From Phoronis australis (Eukaryota > Animalia > Phoronida), in assembly GCA_002633005.1 (NCBI GenBank), contig NMRA01000352.1, forward strand, positions 340,356 through 404,355: a stretch of 64,000 bases of DNA, given 5' to 3'. The position numbers were made by a program, and so were the translations under genes. The notes under the pieces are model-generated. The model was given only the letters and a program-made list of their open reading frames with translations. It made no database searches and was not told where the DNA came from. This document shows positions 52,069 to 64,000 of this stretch, in pieces; position 1 is the stretch's first letter, and every line of letters begins with the position of its first letter.

Positions 52069-54414
52069 TTAGATAATTCTCGATACAATTTTATATACAG
52101 GCCCGTGGGCCTTAATACACCGACTGATTACCATTAGGAAGTAAAAATCAAGACATGTCAAATTTTAAACACTCGCACAGTCAGTGAAAAACTTGAGTTA
52201 AAACACGAGCACACTCAACAAAATGCACATATACACACTTGTGTTTATTATGAAATACAGTAAAACTCACATAAGTTGGATGCACAAAGTCAAGTTTTTG
52301 CCTAACTCATCAAAGTTATGTAGTACTGTTGGTCTACTTTAATGGGCACTCACAACTTCAGATGCGTAGGATTTTGCTTAATAACGGATAAAATCTCTCT
52401 CGATTTGGTTGGACACATACCAGAATTCAGACAATTCTCAGGTAGGCGTTTAAGCAAAATAGGCATTATATCAGACGAATACAGTACATAAGTTGACACA
52501 CAAAGTAGAACAGAGTGTAAAGGCCCGTTTCCACTGATGTAAAGGACCGTTTCCACTGACTCTATAAGCTTGGTGCAAGCAGAATAAGCATTCTGTTTCA
52601 ATTTATTTGTGTATTTGCTGGATTCCTTACATTTAACCCAATGCATGCAAAACGAGTTTTCCCGTTGTACTGCCTTTGTTCAGGTCAGCTGATACTCAGC
52701 TACTTTGTGAAAACTCCAATATATTAGTTGTGAGAATAACTGTGAAGCTGATAAGAACAGTGACACTTAACTTCGGTGTTCACCACAGTTAACATCAAAG
52801 ATTTGACAGTAGGTGGAGTTAACAGTATGGGAAAGGGCCTTTCTCTCTCATACCAAACTGGTACTTGAGGATAAACAATGGAGTTGCACCATATGAAATT
52901 AAGGGCCATCTGAATTAGAACAATGTTGCCGTCGGTTGACATCCAAAAAGATGTGCTCGAAGACAACAGGCAAACAGGAATGAATCAGTACCTTCATGTC
53001 TTTATTATACCGTACTTATACCAATTAATGTGCAAGAAAGTCTGTTTTTGGTGATTAGTGAAATGAGATAATGCAAAAATGCACACTTAAGCACTTCACC
53101 GAAAACGAAAAAGCTTGACTAAAAGTGGTTTGAGCAAACCCCAAGAATTTACATGTATGTGCAGGGTACTACTCTGAGCCAAACCTTTCCTTGACCGAGT
53201 CATTTTTGTAGAAAAGTACAAAAACACTATACACGAGTATCCAAATTCTTCCTAAACCTTGTTATTAAATTAAAAATCCATGTAGTCTTTCCCCAACTCG
53301 TGACCATCCCCAAAGATTAGCAATGGGTTATTTTTCCTCGAAGAGAGTCGTTTTCCCTGGCCCCTCTAATTACATTAGCATTGATCTTTCATGCCTGTTT
53401 CATATCCAGCTGGGAAAGTTGTCACAAGTCACATGTAAATTTCTTTCCGTAAAATGCCCATATTACAATGAGCTGAACAAGCAGTATTTTGGCTTCACAG
53501 ACAGAAATGATTTGCACGATATATCCGTGTAACACATGCTTATATTACTTGCATAGTATATCATGATGTAACAATGTGCCCATATGATTTGTATGATATA
53601 CACACTGTCAAGTATATAACTGCAATTTTTCAAATAATTCTTACAACATTTTTACAAATCGTTTCTATAGATAAGCGCTGTGGAAATTATTGAAGAAGTG
53701 TTCAAGCTATTACAATATCAACAATGTTTAAGAACTAAAAGGATATTTGGATACTGTCTAAGCATATAGCAAAATTTAAGACATAAAAATCCTCAAAATG
53801 AACTGCATGAAATAAGATGCAGATATACAATTGAATGATATGACGTGCACAATTATAAATATATATAATATATGTGTATAGACATCAGAGTGTATCACTG
53901 TAACAGGGGTAGATACCAGCAGATGGTATATACCCATCATAATGTGAAATGTTTGAGACAGAATCTCAGGGGTTACAGGGACTATAAACTTTACATGCTT
54001 TTGTCAGCGATTTCAATAGTTTATTACCCATTCCAGCAGTAGGAGCAATAAACATGGTAATTAGGGCTGGTCTGGCAGTGGAACTTAACGCCCTCAGGTA
54101 ATGTGTATAGGTGTGAAATTGCATGTTATGGGCCAAACAAAGGTTTGTGGTTTTCTCAGGAATGTAAACCAACCGAAATGAGGCAAGGTTTTTAGGGTTA
54201 GTGTATCACGACCAAAACGCATTATGTGTAAGGAGATGTAAAATCATTGCCAGATAAAACTTGGATTTATGCGATTGATTCCTATCAACATAATGTGGCT
54301 CAGATGTACATAAATTGCATGATATATCCTGTACTTGTGCAACATAACTCCTACGACAATTAACTATTCAAGTAGCATGCAACATCAAAATGCATAACGC
54401 TTAATCGTCGTGAG

Positions 54415-54456
54415 AGACCGCCCCGAGTTGGTATGTGGTGCAACTCGGGACGGTCT
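54415..54456. repeat. GC-rich hairpin (16-bp stem with one mismatch, 10-nt loop)
   Basis: AGACCGCCCCGAGTTG-gtatgtggtg-CAACTCGGGACGGTCT. Confidence 0.85.
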
Positions 54457-55036
54457 GGGGTCTACAGAAAACCATAGTTCAACTGTGAGTCTACACCAAT
54501 GTGATAAACGAGAGTAGTTTTACTTGCTGCGTCAGCTGCTGGTATGCTTATCTCTTTTATGACACACAATGTGCGACTGGGCAAAGCGTTTTCAAAATAA
54601 TGTGGATAAATCAGTGAAGTGTGAAACCCATGAGGTCCCTGTCAAGTCCTCACGGCAATTTTACGATATGAAGGTCGAAAATTGTCATTTTCAAACTGGA
54701 ACAAAATGAGTTTTTGACAAATAAAACGGGAAGGCAACCTTTTTCGTGTCGTTTTTAGTAAAAATACGGTTCGTTGATTCCAGACATATGCTTCAGTTCA
54801 TTATGGCTCTTCGTAATTTTATTAAATAGTCGTGCACTACTCCGGAAGTGACTTTGAGGGGGTTAAGAATTTCCCGCCATTTCGTTTCCAGTGCGTTCGA
54901 GTTACTGTGAGGATATTTTCCACTGTTGCTTTTGTGGTAGTCTCCTAAAATTGTCATCACCATTTCCTTTCGTTGAGTATTCTACCACAAGCTAGGTTGT
55001 TAGTGAACGTTGGGTTTAGGAATCTTTTAGATTATA

Positions 55037-55210
55037 GCAGCAGTGGGTGGATATATGTTTGAGCCTGTGTTTAGTGAGGCACAATACGGACAGCTGTTGA
55101 GAGGGATGAGGCAGATACTGAGGACAGGCATGGTGGGACGTCTTGGTGCAAATGCAACGTGTGCACTGTTATGCCGACCTCAATGGAACGCCTATGCTGT
55201 TCCCACTGGA
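55037..55210 (+). pseudogene. Cys-rich P2X7-ballast/Nanor-like (KolX-like) gene remnant
   Basis: GYMFEPVFSEAQ, then after a frameshift ...DRHGGTSWCKCNVCTVMPTSMERLCCS (WCxCxxCxxMxTxxExxCC). Confidence 0.75.
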
Positions 55211-55639
55211 TGGTGACTTGAGACCAACCCAAACCGCTTACATCCAGCCGTGTGACTCCTTCGCCACACACTTGGCACCTTCTAAAATAGCTCCAATACT
55301 TTAATCAAGTCCACAATAAACTTATCAAAGTTTGGCTCACCTGCCTGACCACTGGACGACGAATTGTCCTCCCCACTGGGTGTCGAACTTGGCCTGTATT
55401 GACTCCCAGTACTCAACATTGCTGTAGGACTGCTGTAACAGGCTCTGGGCTGGAGACAACATCAGCACAGGGCGAATCACTGCTAGTTCTCAGAATTGCA
55501 TGCTCTGAGTTACATCTGGAGGCACGGGTCACAGTAGATGAAGTGCCTCCAGTCACTGTAGAGGCCACAGTTCGCGAGGCTACTTGCTTCAAAAATGCAC
55601 TTCTTGGGGGTGGCGACAAGGCACTACCGGGAATCAACA

Positions 55640-55905
55640 GCGGCAGTCACAGGTGCTATTTTGCAGGAACCTTTATCAATTCCGCGTACGTATCTCTTTC
55701 GTAATCCAACAGCAGAAAATGCTTGCCACACACTTAATGGTAATTCTCCTGATTTGTATGTTGCGTGGACGTTAATGCTGCGATCTTCACACGAACGGGC
55801 CAAGTATGGTGGAGCGTGTCATCTTTTGGAAAGCGGTGTAATGGCATACCCAAAGTACACGAAACGACAATGAGTATACCCTGGTATGCAGCAACCGTGC
55901 GGCAT
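55640..55905 (-). pseudogene. THAP zinc-finger (transposase N-terminus) remnant
   Basis: ATG at 55905 gives MPHGCCIPG, then after a frameshift LHRFPKDDTLHHTW ... *VCGKHFLLLDYERDTYAELI. Confidence 0.8.
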
Positions 55906-57464
55906 GTTGGCTGACTCGTAAACAAACACAAACGACAACCGAAGTAAAACCGTGACTGACTGACTCGACAAGTCACACAGTCAGACTATATGAAAACGAA
56001 ATGGCAGGAAATTCTTAACCCCCTAAACGTCACTTCCAGAGTAAAGCACGACTAATTAATAAAATTACTTGAAGCTGTTACTAACCGAAACAAATGTCTG
56101 GGATAATCAACGAACCGTATCTTTACTAAAAATGACATGAAAACAGGTTGCCTTCTCCTTTAAAGTATCTGAAGGCAAAAATAAGCAACAGACAACACAT
56201 GGTTATGATTTTGTTTTGTGAAATTAATGCAAGAGACTCCCATGTAAAAATTGATACTGTACGGTAAAAAATATCTTTTTTGTATTTTAGGCAACGTTTT
56301 TTGTTCAGCATTGTAAAACAGCCCAGAAATGATATTCTAACAATGGACTCAGAATTGGAGGTCCCAGTTTGACTCTTTTTATAGGCAGTGACTGGTGAAT
56401 GAAAAGTTTTCATTCTCAATATCCAAATTTAAAAACCATGTGCCTGTAGTAACAATTAAGCTACATTTCGATTAGCAATGGCTAATTTAGGGTCAAAACC
56501 ATTTTCTTAAGGTCTAATATTTCATCATAGGCTTCTCTTGGACGTAGAGTGCTTTTCACTAATTTTGAACAAAATAATTCACAATTTCAAAAGCTTCCAA
56601 GATTGTTTTAAATATCCACAATTTCTCAGAACCATTATCTCCAGGTAGACATGACATACACAGTTAAATGGTATGGCCTTTACTTGGTGCTGTAATATAT
56701 TAAATTGAAACTTGAAATTTTACTTGTTGGCCATATTGTGTCCTCAGTTGGTGAGAGTTTATGGTAATGCCCTTACTTAGCTTACCGCTCATCCCTAATT
56801 TATACTATTGAGACTTTCTTGGATGTGCTTGTGTCATTGTGCACGCTGATTCCGTATGAACTTTAACTCCTGAATGTACAAAATTCATTTATTTTTGAGT
56901 AAGACAAGGTCTCCATGGCAGCTTTACTTCCATTTGCCTTACTATTTAACTGGACTCTTCCATGCGAGTCTGACACATTTACCTCAAGTGACCACTCAGG
57001 TAAATGCCAACCCCCAACTTCTCTAAAATTTGTTTTTAAATGGCCATGCTAGGCCCAACTTCTACCCCAATTCCCAAGTTTGCAACTAATAGGTGCACTG
57101 GGTAAAAACATCTGGCCTAATGATAATCGTATTACTGAGTTTAATACAAGCATCAAAATCAGCCACATGCCTTTTTAACAAGATACGATGTAAACACTTA
57201 ACAAAAATTTAATACTAACCACTCACCCTCACGTTATATAGATATGATGTGGACCAACATTTACAGCATATCAAAATCTCATTTATAACAATAAATTATA
57301 GGGTAATCTTTCTACTACACACAAGCACATGAAACCACCAGCTGTGGCTGGAGTGAGAACACTTTCCATAAGGGGAAAATTGCAGAAACAACTGAACTGT
57401 TAGATTTTCATTAAAAATTGTGGTTGTTAATCATTTGGGACAATATCGTTGATTATAAGGAGAC

Positions 57465-57605
57465 CATTACAAATTATTATTGGGGGTGCAGTTACAACTT
57501 ATTATTGGGAGCAGTTTCAAATTATCATTGGAGGCAGTTATAAATCATTATTGGAGGTAGTTATAAATGCAACCATCAGATATTATTATTGGGTGGCCAT
57601 TGTTA
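57465..57605. repeat. Degenerate ~21-bp minisatellite, about six copies
   Basis: Unit approximately CAGTTACAAATTATTATTGGGA. Related sequence at ~59250-59335. Confidence 0.75.
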
Positions 57606-60335
57606 TTAATATAAGTATATTGAAATTTTAGTAGGAGTGACATTATACAATTATTGACTTTCAACAAGTCAATTCATTAGCTTTTAGATCCCCAAAATGT
57701 AATAATAACCAAGGTCGCCACGGCAGAACCAAGTTTTGTGTTTTATTTTGTGATTATAACAGTGCTTAATCAATTCACGGAAAGAGTCTAATGTTTGGGC
57801 TTTCAATCGTAGGTCAGTCAGCTAGCTGTTTTTTACCCCAAAACATTGGGGTGATTTTGTAAAAATGTTCAGGAAATGCTCCGAATGTGAGAAAAGAACA
57901 ATGTTTTGTGGTCATACAATGCTCATTTTTAATGCAAAGCAATCAAGGTTATTATGGAAAGCCAAAACAGAAAAATCCAAAACACTTATTTTACTCTAAG
58001 AACCAGTAGCGGTTCCTCATTTTACTAAAACAAAAATTGAAATACAATAATGCCCAAAACAATAATTTTCAATTCTCGTTGATAAAATAAATTTACAAGG
58101 ATTTCCTTTTTCATACTAGAAATTACTCCAAATGTAAAAAATAACAAACAATATCACTTCTACCACGAAATTGTGGTACAAAAAATAGCACGCCACAAAA
58201 AATAAACACGTCAGCAGAAAAGGGACTGCTGCAGAACAAAAAATGTTGCACGAAGAAATTTCACAAGGCAGGAAAAAGTGACCACTGAACTGCACATGAC
58301 CATGAAAGTGAGAACGTCATTCACTTGAAGCATGATGGCAGAGTCAGACGGTTAACGTTTGAGTGGTGGTATGACAGATTTGACGACTGCAGTAGTCAAT
58401 CATACACATTTCAACAGAATACGCAGAGGTTTGTATTTGTTGGCAAGACATAGTACAACACGTAGCCCTTGCGTAACTAAGGTACCCATGTCATCACTTT
58501 GAGGAGTCATGTGCTCCTGGATGAACGTGTTCCTGAATGACCACGTGCTCCAGGCATGGTGAAATTTTTGCAGGCACATGATTCAGTCCTGGTAATATTG
58601 GTATGAAATATTTCTAGTGAGTTATTTAGGCACGTATGTACGAGTATAAAAAGTACTGGAGCATGTTTTTGACTATGCTGGTTTTTGGATTATTACTCTT
58701 TTGGTCCTGCACAGTGAAAATAAAGTTTTGTACTTTATTCAAATTCTTGCACAGAAAAAGTGTTTTGTAATTGTTTCTGTTTTGGCTTCTCATACATTAT
58801 ATCAAAGCAAACACAACCCGCACGTCAGCTTGTAAGTATGTGCTCAAGTCCAGCAAATGACATGTACATGTATTGGAAGTTCGTGAAAATTTTGGCCTTT
58901 GAAAACGTACCTTTTGTGCAAAACATGATGAATGGAACTGTAATGTCTCGATGAAAGTTTGCATTCACCTGGTGGTTTATATTTCACAGTTGTTTAAAAA
59001 CTATCAAACATCAGAATCCACATGATATAAAACTGCTTAAAAGACATTCAAGTTAAGTGCTAGTCAGGTGGACTGGTAATTGTTTGGTGGTTAATTGCAA
59101 ACAAAAAAATCCCAATAAAGTTCTTTTAAAGGAACGGGTGCTACCATAGCAGCGGTCAACAACAAAGCACGAGCGGTCAACATTGAAAACATCTGATCTG
59201 AAACACTGGCTGCTGGTGAGTTAAACAGTCCATAACCTGTACCTATCATATAATATTACAATTAACGAAGACAATTCTAATTGTTATTGGCAGTGATTGC
59301 TCATTAATTTTGGGGACATAACTAATTATTATTGGGTGAACACTCAGCCCAATCATCTCTGAAAATCCCTGTTGCAAGAATTGTCTGATGCAAATTGTAA
59401 GGGCAGGATGTCATGAACTTACAAACTGAATCAATACAATTGTATAGCATTGCATCATGATGCACCAAGTATGACAGAGACCATTACAGTTATCCAATCT
59501 TCAGCTTTCTCATGCACCGAACTTGCTTTGATGTAATGGGGCAGGCCAGATGTACAGCGTTCAGGCCATGCAACTAAATCTGGGTATAACTCTTTTAACA
59601 TTTTTTATTAGCTGTTGTGTAAAAATAACTATTCACATTGACATAACCACTAATCGCCAGTGCCACTGCTTTCCAAGTCATCCCACTTTAAGTGCATTGG
59701 TATGTCATTATTTCTTGAGATTCGACAGCAGCGCCACCTACTGAGTTAAACTTTTGCAACAGCAGCTGTTGTCACATTGAGTTACAGCACTTATAGTCTT
59801 TCCTCACAGATGGTTTTTACCCTGCTACAGTTACAAACTTTTAAAACCAGTTTTTAAAGTGTTAAATAAAGCAAACAGGTTGTAAGAATACCACAAACCA
59901 TTACATAACAACCACATTTCCATTTATCCAAAATACCACCACCACAACATAAAACAAAGCAGCCAAGCAGGAAGTTAATCATGCATACTAATTAATTAAT
60001 TCAACCCAATTAGTCCACATGCCTTCACATTGGGGGTATCCTTTATATGTTGTATACATTTCTGATTAGTATTTACCCATCTGACGATAGAAGCAGAGTG
60101 TGAACAGATCTTTGTTTTATGGCCGGAAATAATTGTTTTCAGATATTGATTATTGGTTCTTGCCTGGAGCTGATCAACCATTAACACTGGTCTTCAGGAC
60201 ATTCTAAGGTTGGCAGCCTAACAGGAGAACGGCTCAAACCAATAGTGAGTAATTGTATTGCCAAACACGGTCATTTATTGTTCAATTTAATCTAGTAGAA
60301 TAACAAAGCTATACTTAATTTAAGTTTCTCCTATA

Positions 60336-60990
60336 CATATTTCATTGAAGACACGACTTTGATCCGTTTTTACAAGTTTAATTTCAGTTCTTTCAAACTC
60401 GCTAAATAGAGATCTTGTCTTTACATCACAACAGTGCAATAAAAATCCAAACGACATCAGTAGGTAAGATGATTTATAAAGCGAAATTTCGAGACACATA
60501 TCTCATCTTCAGGCTACTATTTACAACTAGTTCACAGTGAAACGCACATCAGAAATGACAAATGTAATATAACATGTGAAGTTGGCATACGGAACTATGA
60601 CGATAAAAACACACATATATAAATATACACGTGTTGCTGTGCATCAATCATAATGCACAGATCACCTAAATAATGATTCGAGTTCTAGTGAGCTGGAAAT
60701 CGAAAGACTATCATTATTCACACACTGTGTTTTATCGTCATAGTTGCGCATACCAACTTCACGTGCTATATTACATTTGTCATTTCTGATGTGCATTTCA
60801 CTATGAACTAGTAATAAATAGTAGCCTGAAGATGAGATATGTGTCTCGAAATACCGCTTTATAAATTATGTTACCTACTGATGTCGTTAGGATTTTTATT
60901 GCACTGTTGTGATGTAACTACAAGATCTCTGTTTAGAGAGTTTGAAAGAACTCATAAAACAGATCAAAGTCATGTCTTCGATGAAACATG
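60336..60990. mobile_element. Long fold-back MITE with ~270-bp arms and TA flanks
   Basis: ~60336-60614 is an inverted copy of ~60726-60990 (for example GAGACACATATCTCATCTTCAGGCTACTATTTA vs TAAATAGTAGCCTGAAGATGAGATATGTGTCTC). Ends are TA|CATATTTCAT and ATGAAACATG|TA. Confidence 0.88.
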
Positions 60991-62606
60991 TATGCAAGAA
61001 AGATTTCTGCCAAATTATAATGACTTATTTAAGTTTGATAAGAAAAGTAACCCAATAAAAATGAGAACTCTTAATTAAAAAAATTACGGTATGAGATAAA
61101 ACATAACATTCAACTTGAAATGCAATTATAAGAAAAAATGAACACAACCCAAAGATTCACTTACTAATAGTGAAATAAATAATTGAGATAACAATTGAAT
61201 ATCATATCTTGAAAATCGTTCAAGTTTTAGTTTGATCCAACGCTAATGAAACTAGATTTAACAATATTTTTGATAACTGATGCAGCAATAAAATTAGAAA
61301 TTCAAATAAAAAATACAGTATGCTCACACCCATTCAAATTACGCTGCATCCTTGGAGGATTTCATTCACTGCTTTATTGGGTGGTGTAAACAAGCCAAGT
61401 TGCCCCCTTGTGTTCAGTGGGTGTTGTTTGAATAAGTGGCTAATGTAATCCCAACCAGCAAGAGTTGCTTGCGGGGAAATCAGTTGTACGGATATGCCAA
61501 ATGAACTGTATTTATATTAAAAAGATGTACAGACCAAATGTGATTTAAAAATATACCAAAATTGGTTGTACTAGAATGTATTATTAATTTAAAACATAAC
61601 TTCGAAACACAGCCAATCAAAAAAAAAAACAAAAAATCACTTGTCACACAATGTCAGCCTCCGTATGATCTCAAAAAATGGGACACAAACCAAATAGAAC
61701 CAACAAAGAGCTGAAAAATATTTGCCGAAATTGCCTTTTCATTTTCAAGGTTTTCTTACCTTCTTGCAAGTGGCCAGATAGGTTCAAACTTTTTTGTGAT
61801 GCAGATTAAATGTGAGCATAGTAATTAATTTGGTACTATATATTCTATATGAAAAAAATGAGAAATTAGAATTTCAGTTGTCAACCATATTGTGATCACA
61901 ATTAGTGAGATTTCAACATAAGGACACAAGAGTGCATCAGTCAAGGCACGTTTTTGTCCAACGCTGCCCAATTGCACCCTTCCTCAGTACATTTCTTAGA
62001 AACCTCAGAGACAGGTTCTTCCATGAGTTTCTTGCAACAGAGTTTCAGTTTTTTAGTAATTTTAATGAGACCTATGAGCACATCTTGGCCATGTTTCTCA
62101 ATTCATATTCTCCCCGTCTATAAACAGCCATTCTGTAATTGGGCATCAGGATAATGAATGGCACCAGCATCGCGATATCAATCCAAAAAACACTACCGGT
62201 ACTGCCACACTCCAACAATATCATACTGATCATAGATTAGGACAGAGTGCAATGCAGTAATTTTCAGTTGCATTTTTTGTCAACTAGTCTTTGACCTTAC
62301 ATCCGAAGAATTCTACTTTTTACCTTATAACCCCGATAAACCAAGTTCTGGTGCTAAAAACATCAATCTTTTCACAAAATGTTGCAAAAGCAACACCTTC
62401 GTATCCTTATCCTTTGTTTGAGTTGGTGTTGTTTTTTTAAAACTGTTTTTCACCACACAGTACGTACACAAGATAATACATGCTACATTTGTCATGACAA
62501 TACAAAGGCCTAGAATTCACAAGACCATAATTCACCTCGGCGCCTAAAACTACCCCTTCGGGACAAGCAACCAAGCCCTATATCACTCCCAACAAACAAC
62601 TTAATG

Positions 62607-62920
62607 CATACACAAGCATCGCATCTTATGTGCGAACCACTTACAAACCCATAAATCATGCGCACGGACCACAAAAATCATACATACAAACACAAAATCA
62701 TACACAAGAGCATTAAATCATACACACAAACACATTTATTTATCGTTTGGTGTTCGTGCGTATGATTTGATGCTCTGCCGTACGATTTGTGTTCATATAG
62801 GCGATTTTTGTGGTCTGTGCACATGATTTTTGTTTGTATGCATAATTCATGGGATTGCCTTATGCACGATTCATAGGTCTGTAGGTGATTTATACGTAAG
62901 ATGTAATGCTCGTGCGTATG
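62607..62920. mobile_element. Fold-back element built from ~20-bp sub-repeats
   Basis: AAATCATACACA-type units on the left (62607-62732) are mirrored as TGCGTATGATTT-type units on the right (62749-62920). Confidence 0.75.
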
Positions 62921-63056
62921 ATTCTATGGCACCTGTGTAATGGGACTCATCAGAAGCAAAATTAAGGATCAGTCAATATTCTCAAGCCTAGAGATTGTTT
63001 TTGATCAGAGTAATGAACACAAATTTAGTTAGTGGCCTGAATTGAAACTTGATTTT

Positions 63057-63107
63057 TTGACTGGTGTAGGTTTATTGACCCTTGACTGGTGTAGGTTTAT
63101 TGACACT
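63057..63107. repeat. 25-bp tandem duplication
   Basis: TTGACTGGTGTAGGTTTATTGAC(C/A)C twice. Confidence 0.9.
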
Positions 63108-63477
63108 TTAATTTATTAATTTCACAAGCATAATGTCAACACAACTACTGTTGAATGTTGCTTTTGGCAACAGTTCCCATATCTAGCAGGCTACATTGAG
63201 AATTGCAACAAAAATCACAAAAATAAAAATTTTGATGTTTTATGGCTCTGATCAAAATTAATAAATTTAAGAAAACCCACCCTAAATTTCTCCAAAAAAT
63301 CCATTTTTGGTCATAAAACCAATAATGTCCTTTTAAACTGAAAAGTCAGTAGCACTGTTTAACACGGCACAGAATGGCCTGGGGCTACGGTCGTTAGCAT
63401 GCATATAAACTTCTCAAAACCAAGTAAACCATTGAATTTATCCAAACCTTTGTTGTCCTTTTATTTATCATGAAATA

Positions 63478-63704
63478 GGGTAAAATGTTACCAATTTAGA
63501 ACACAAAATTGGCAGACGCGTGAAATGTTTCAGAAGACAAATTAATGCTTCACTATGTTTAAAGTCTGTGCCAAACCTACAATCGTGAGATATTTTGAAA
63601 AATGTGGTGAGTGGGCATTCACAACTATATTGGCAGGCCTTGATAAATGAAAAAAAGATAAGTTTGGCAGTTATTTTTTGTCCAAAATTGGTGATATTTT
63701 ACCA
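63478..63704. mobile_element. MITE family A copy with TA flanks
   Basis: TA|GGGTAAAATGTTACCAATTTAGAACAC ... TGTCCAAAATTGGTGATATTTTACCA|TA. Confidence 0.7.
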
Positions 63705-64000
63705 TAGTGATAGTTTTTTCAATACAACTCAGCAGGCATGAACCAAAAACAGTCGGCCACACTTCACACACAGGTTACTCAGTCAATTCCATACAACCTC
63801 CAACTATGAAAGGTTATTCTCAATTTATTATTTTGCACAAACCAACTATCAATAAAAACATTTTTAATTGATTTTTTCAAAATAAAAAAAGAGTTACTTG
63901 ATTGTTGTAAATTGATCACCGTACCGGGAAAAGATATTAACTTAACAACACTTGGGTCAATTTTGAAGTAATTTATTATGAATCAATAAAAACATATAAT

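Larger units (their letters stand above)
54726..56159. mobile_element. Internally deleted Kolobok-like DNA transposon with ~165-bp TIRs
   Basis: Arms ~54726-54890 and ~55993-56159 are inverted copies. Ends are TAAA|ACGGGAAGGCAACC and GGTTGCCTTCTCCT|TTAA. Carries two convergent gene remnants. Confidence 0.85.

Noticed and set aside
52750-52990. Minus-strand scraps VFEHI and QFGMRE resembling LINE RT
   Set aside because: Too short and degenerate to support a call.
57465-57605. Regularly spaced repeats that could suggest a CRISPR array
   Set aside because: Units are adjacent with no unique spacers, there are no cas genes, and the context is eukaryotic. It is a minisatellite.
61905-62190. Coding-like composition with short ORFs on both strands
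   Set aside because: No frame gave a long ORF, a recognisable family or a convincing exon structure.

Overview
Animal genomic DNA, AT-rich and with spliceosomal introns. It looks like a marine invertebrate, but the species cannot be determined from the sequence. The window is dominated by one complete Onecut/HNF6 gene on the + strand: a CUT-domain exon at 19325-20299, a 26,968-bp phase-1 intron, a homeodomain exon at 47268-47551 and a ~2.4-kb 3'UTR. Two upstream candidate first coding exons (9866-9920 and 14585-14621) both splice in frame onto the CUT exon. The last two coding exons of a GOLT1/Got1 vesicle-transport gene lie at the left. Most other recognisable sequence is decayed mobile DNA: an RTE-X-like LINE, an L1/Tx1 3' fragment, two Kolobok-like elements carrying THAP and P2X7-ballast/KolX-like remnants, and many MITEs and fold-backs. 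I found no new protein-coding system. The strongest non-obvious signals are regulatory: alternative N-termini, six miR-92-family seed sites plus a miR-9 site in the 3'UTR, and a cluster of Onecut-type binding cores beside the second first exon. All calls were read by eye with no searches run, so repeat boundaries are approximate.
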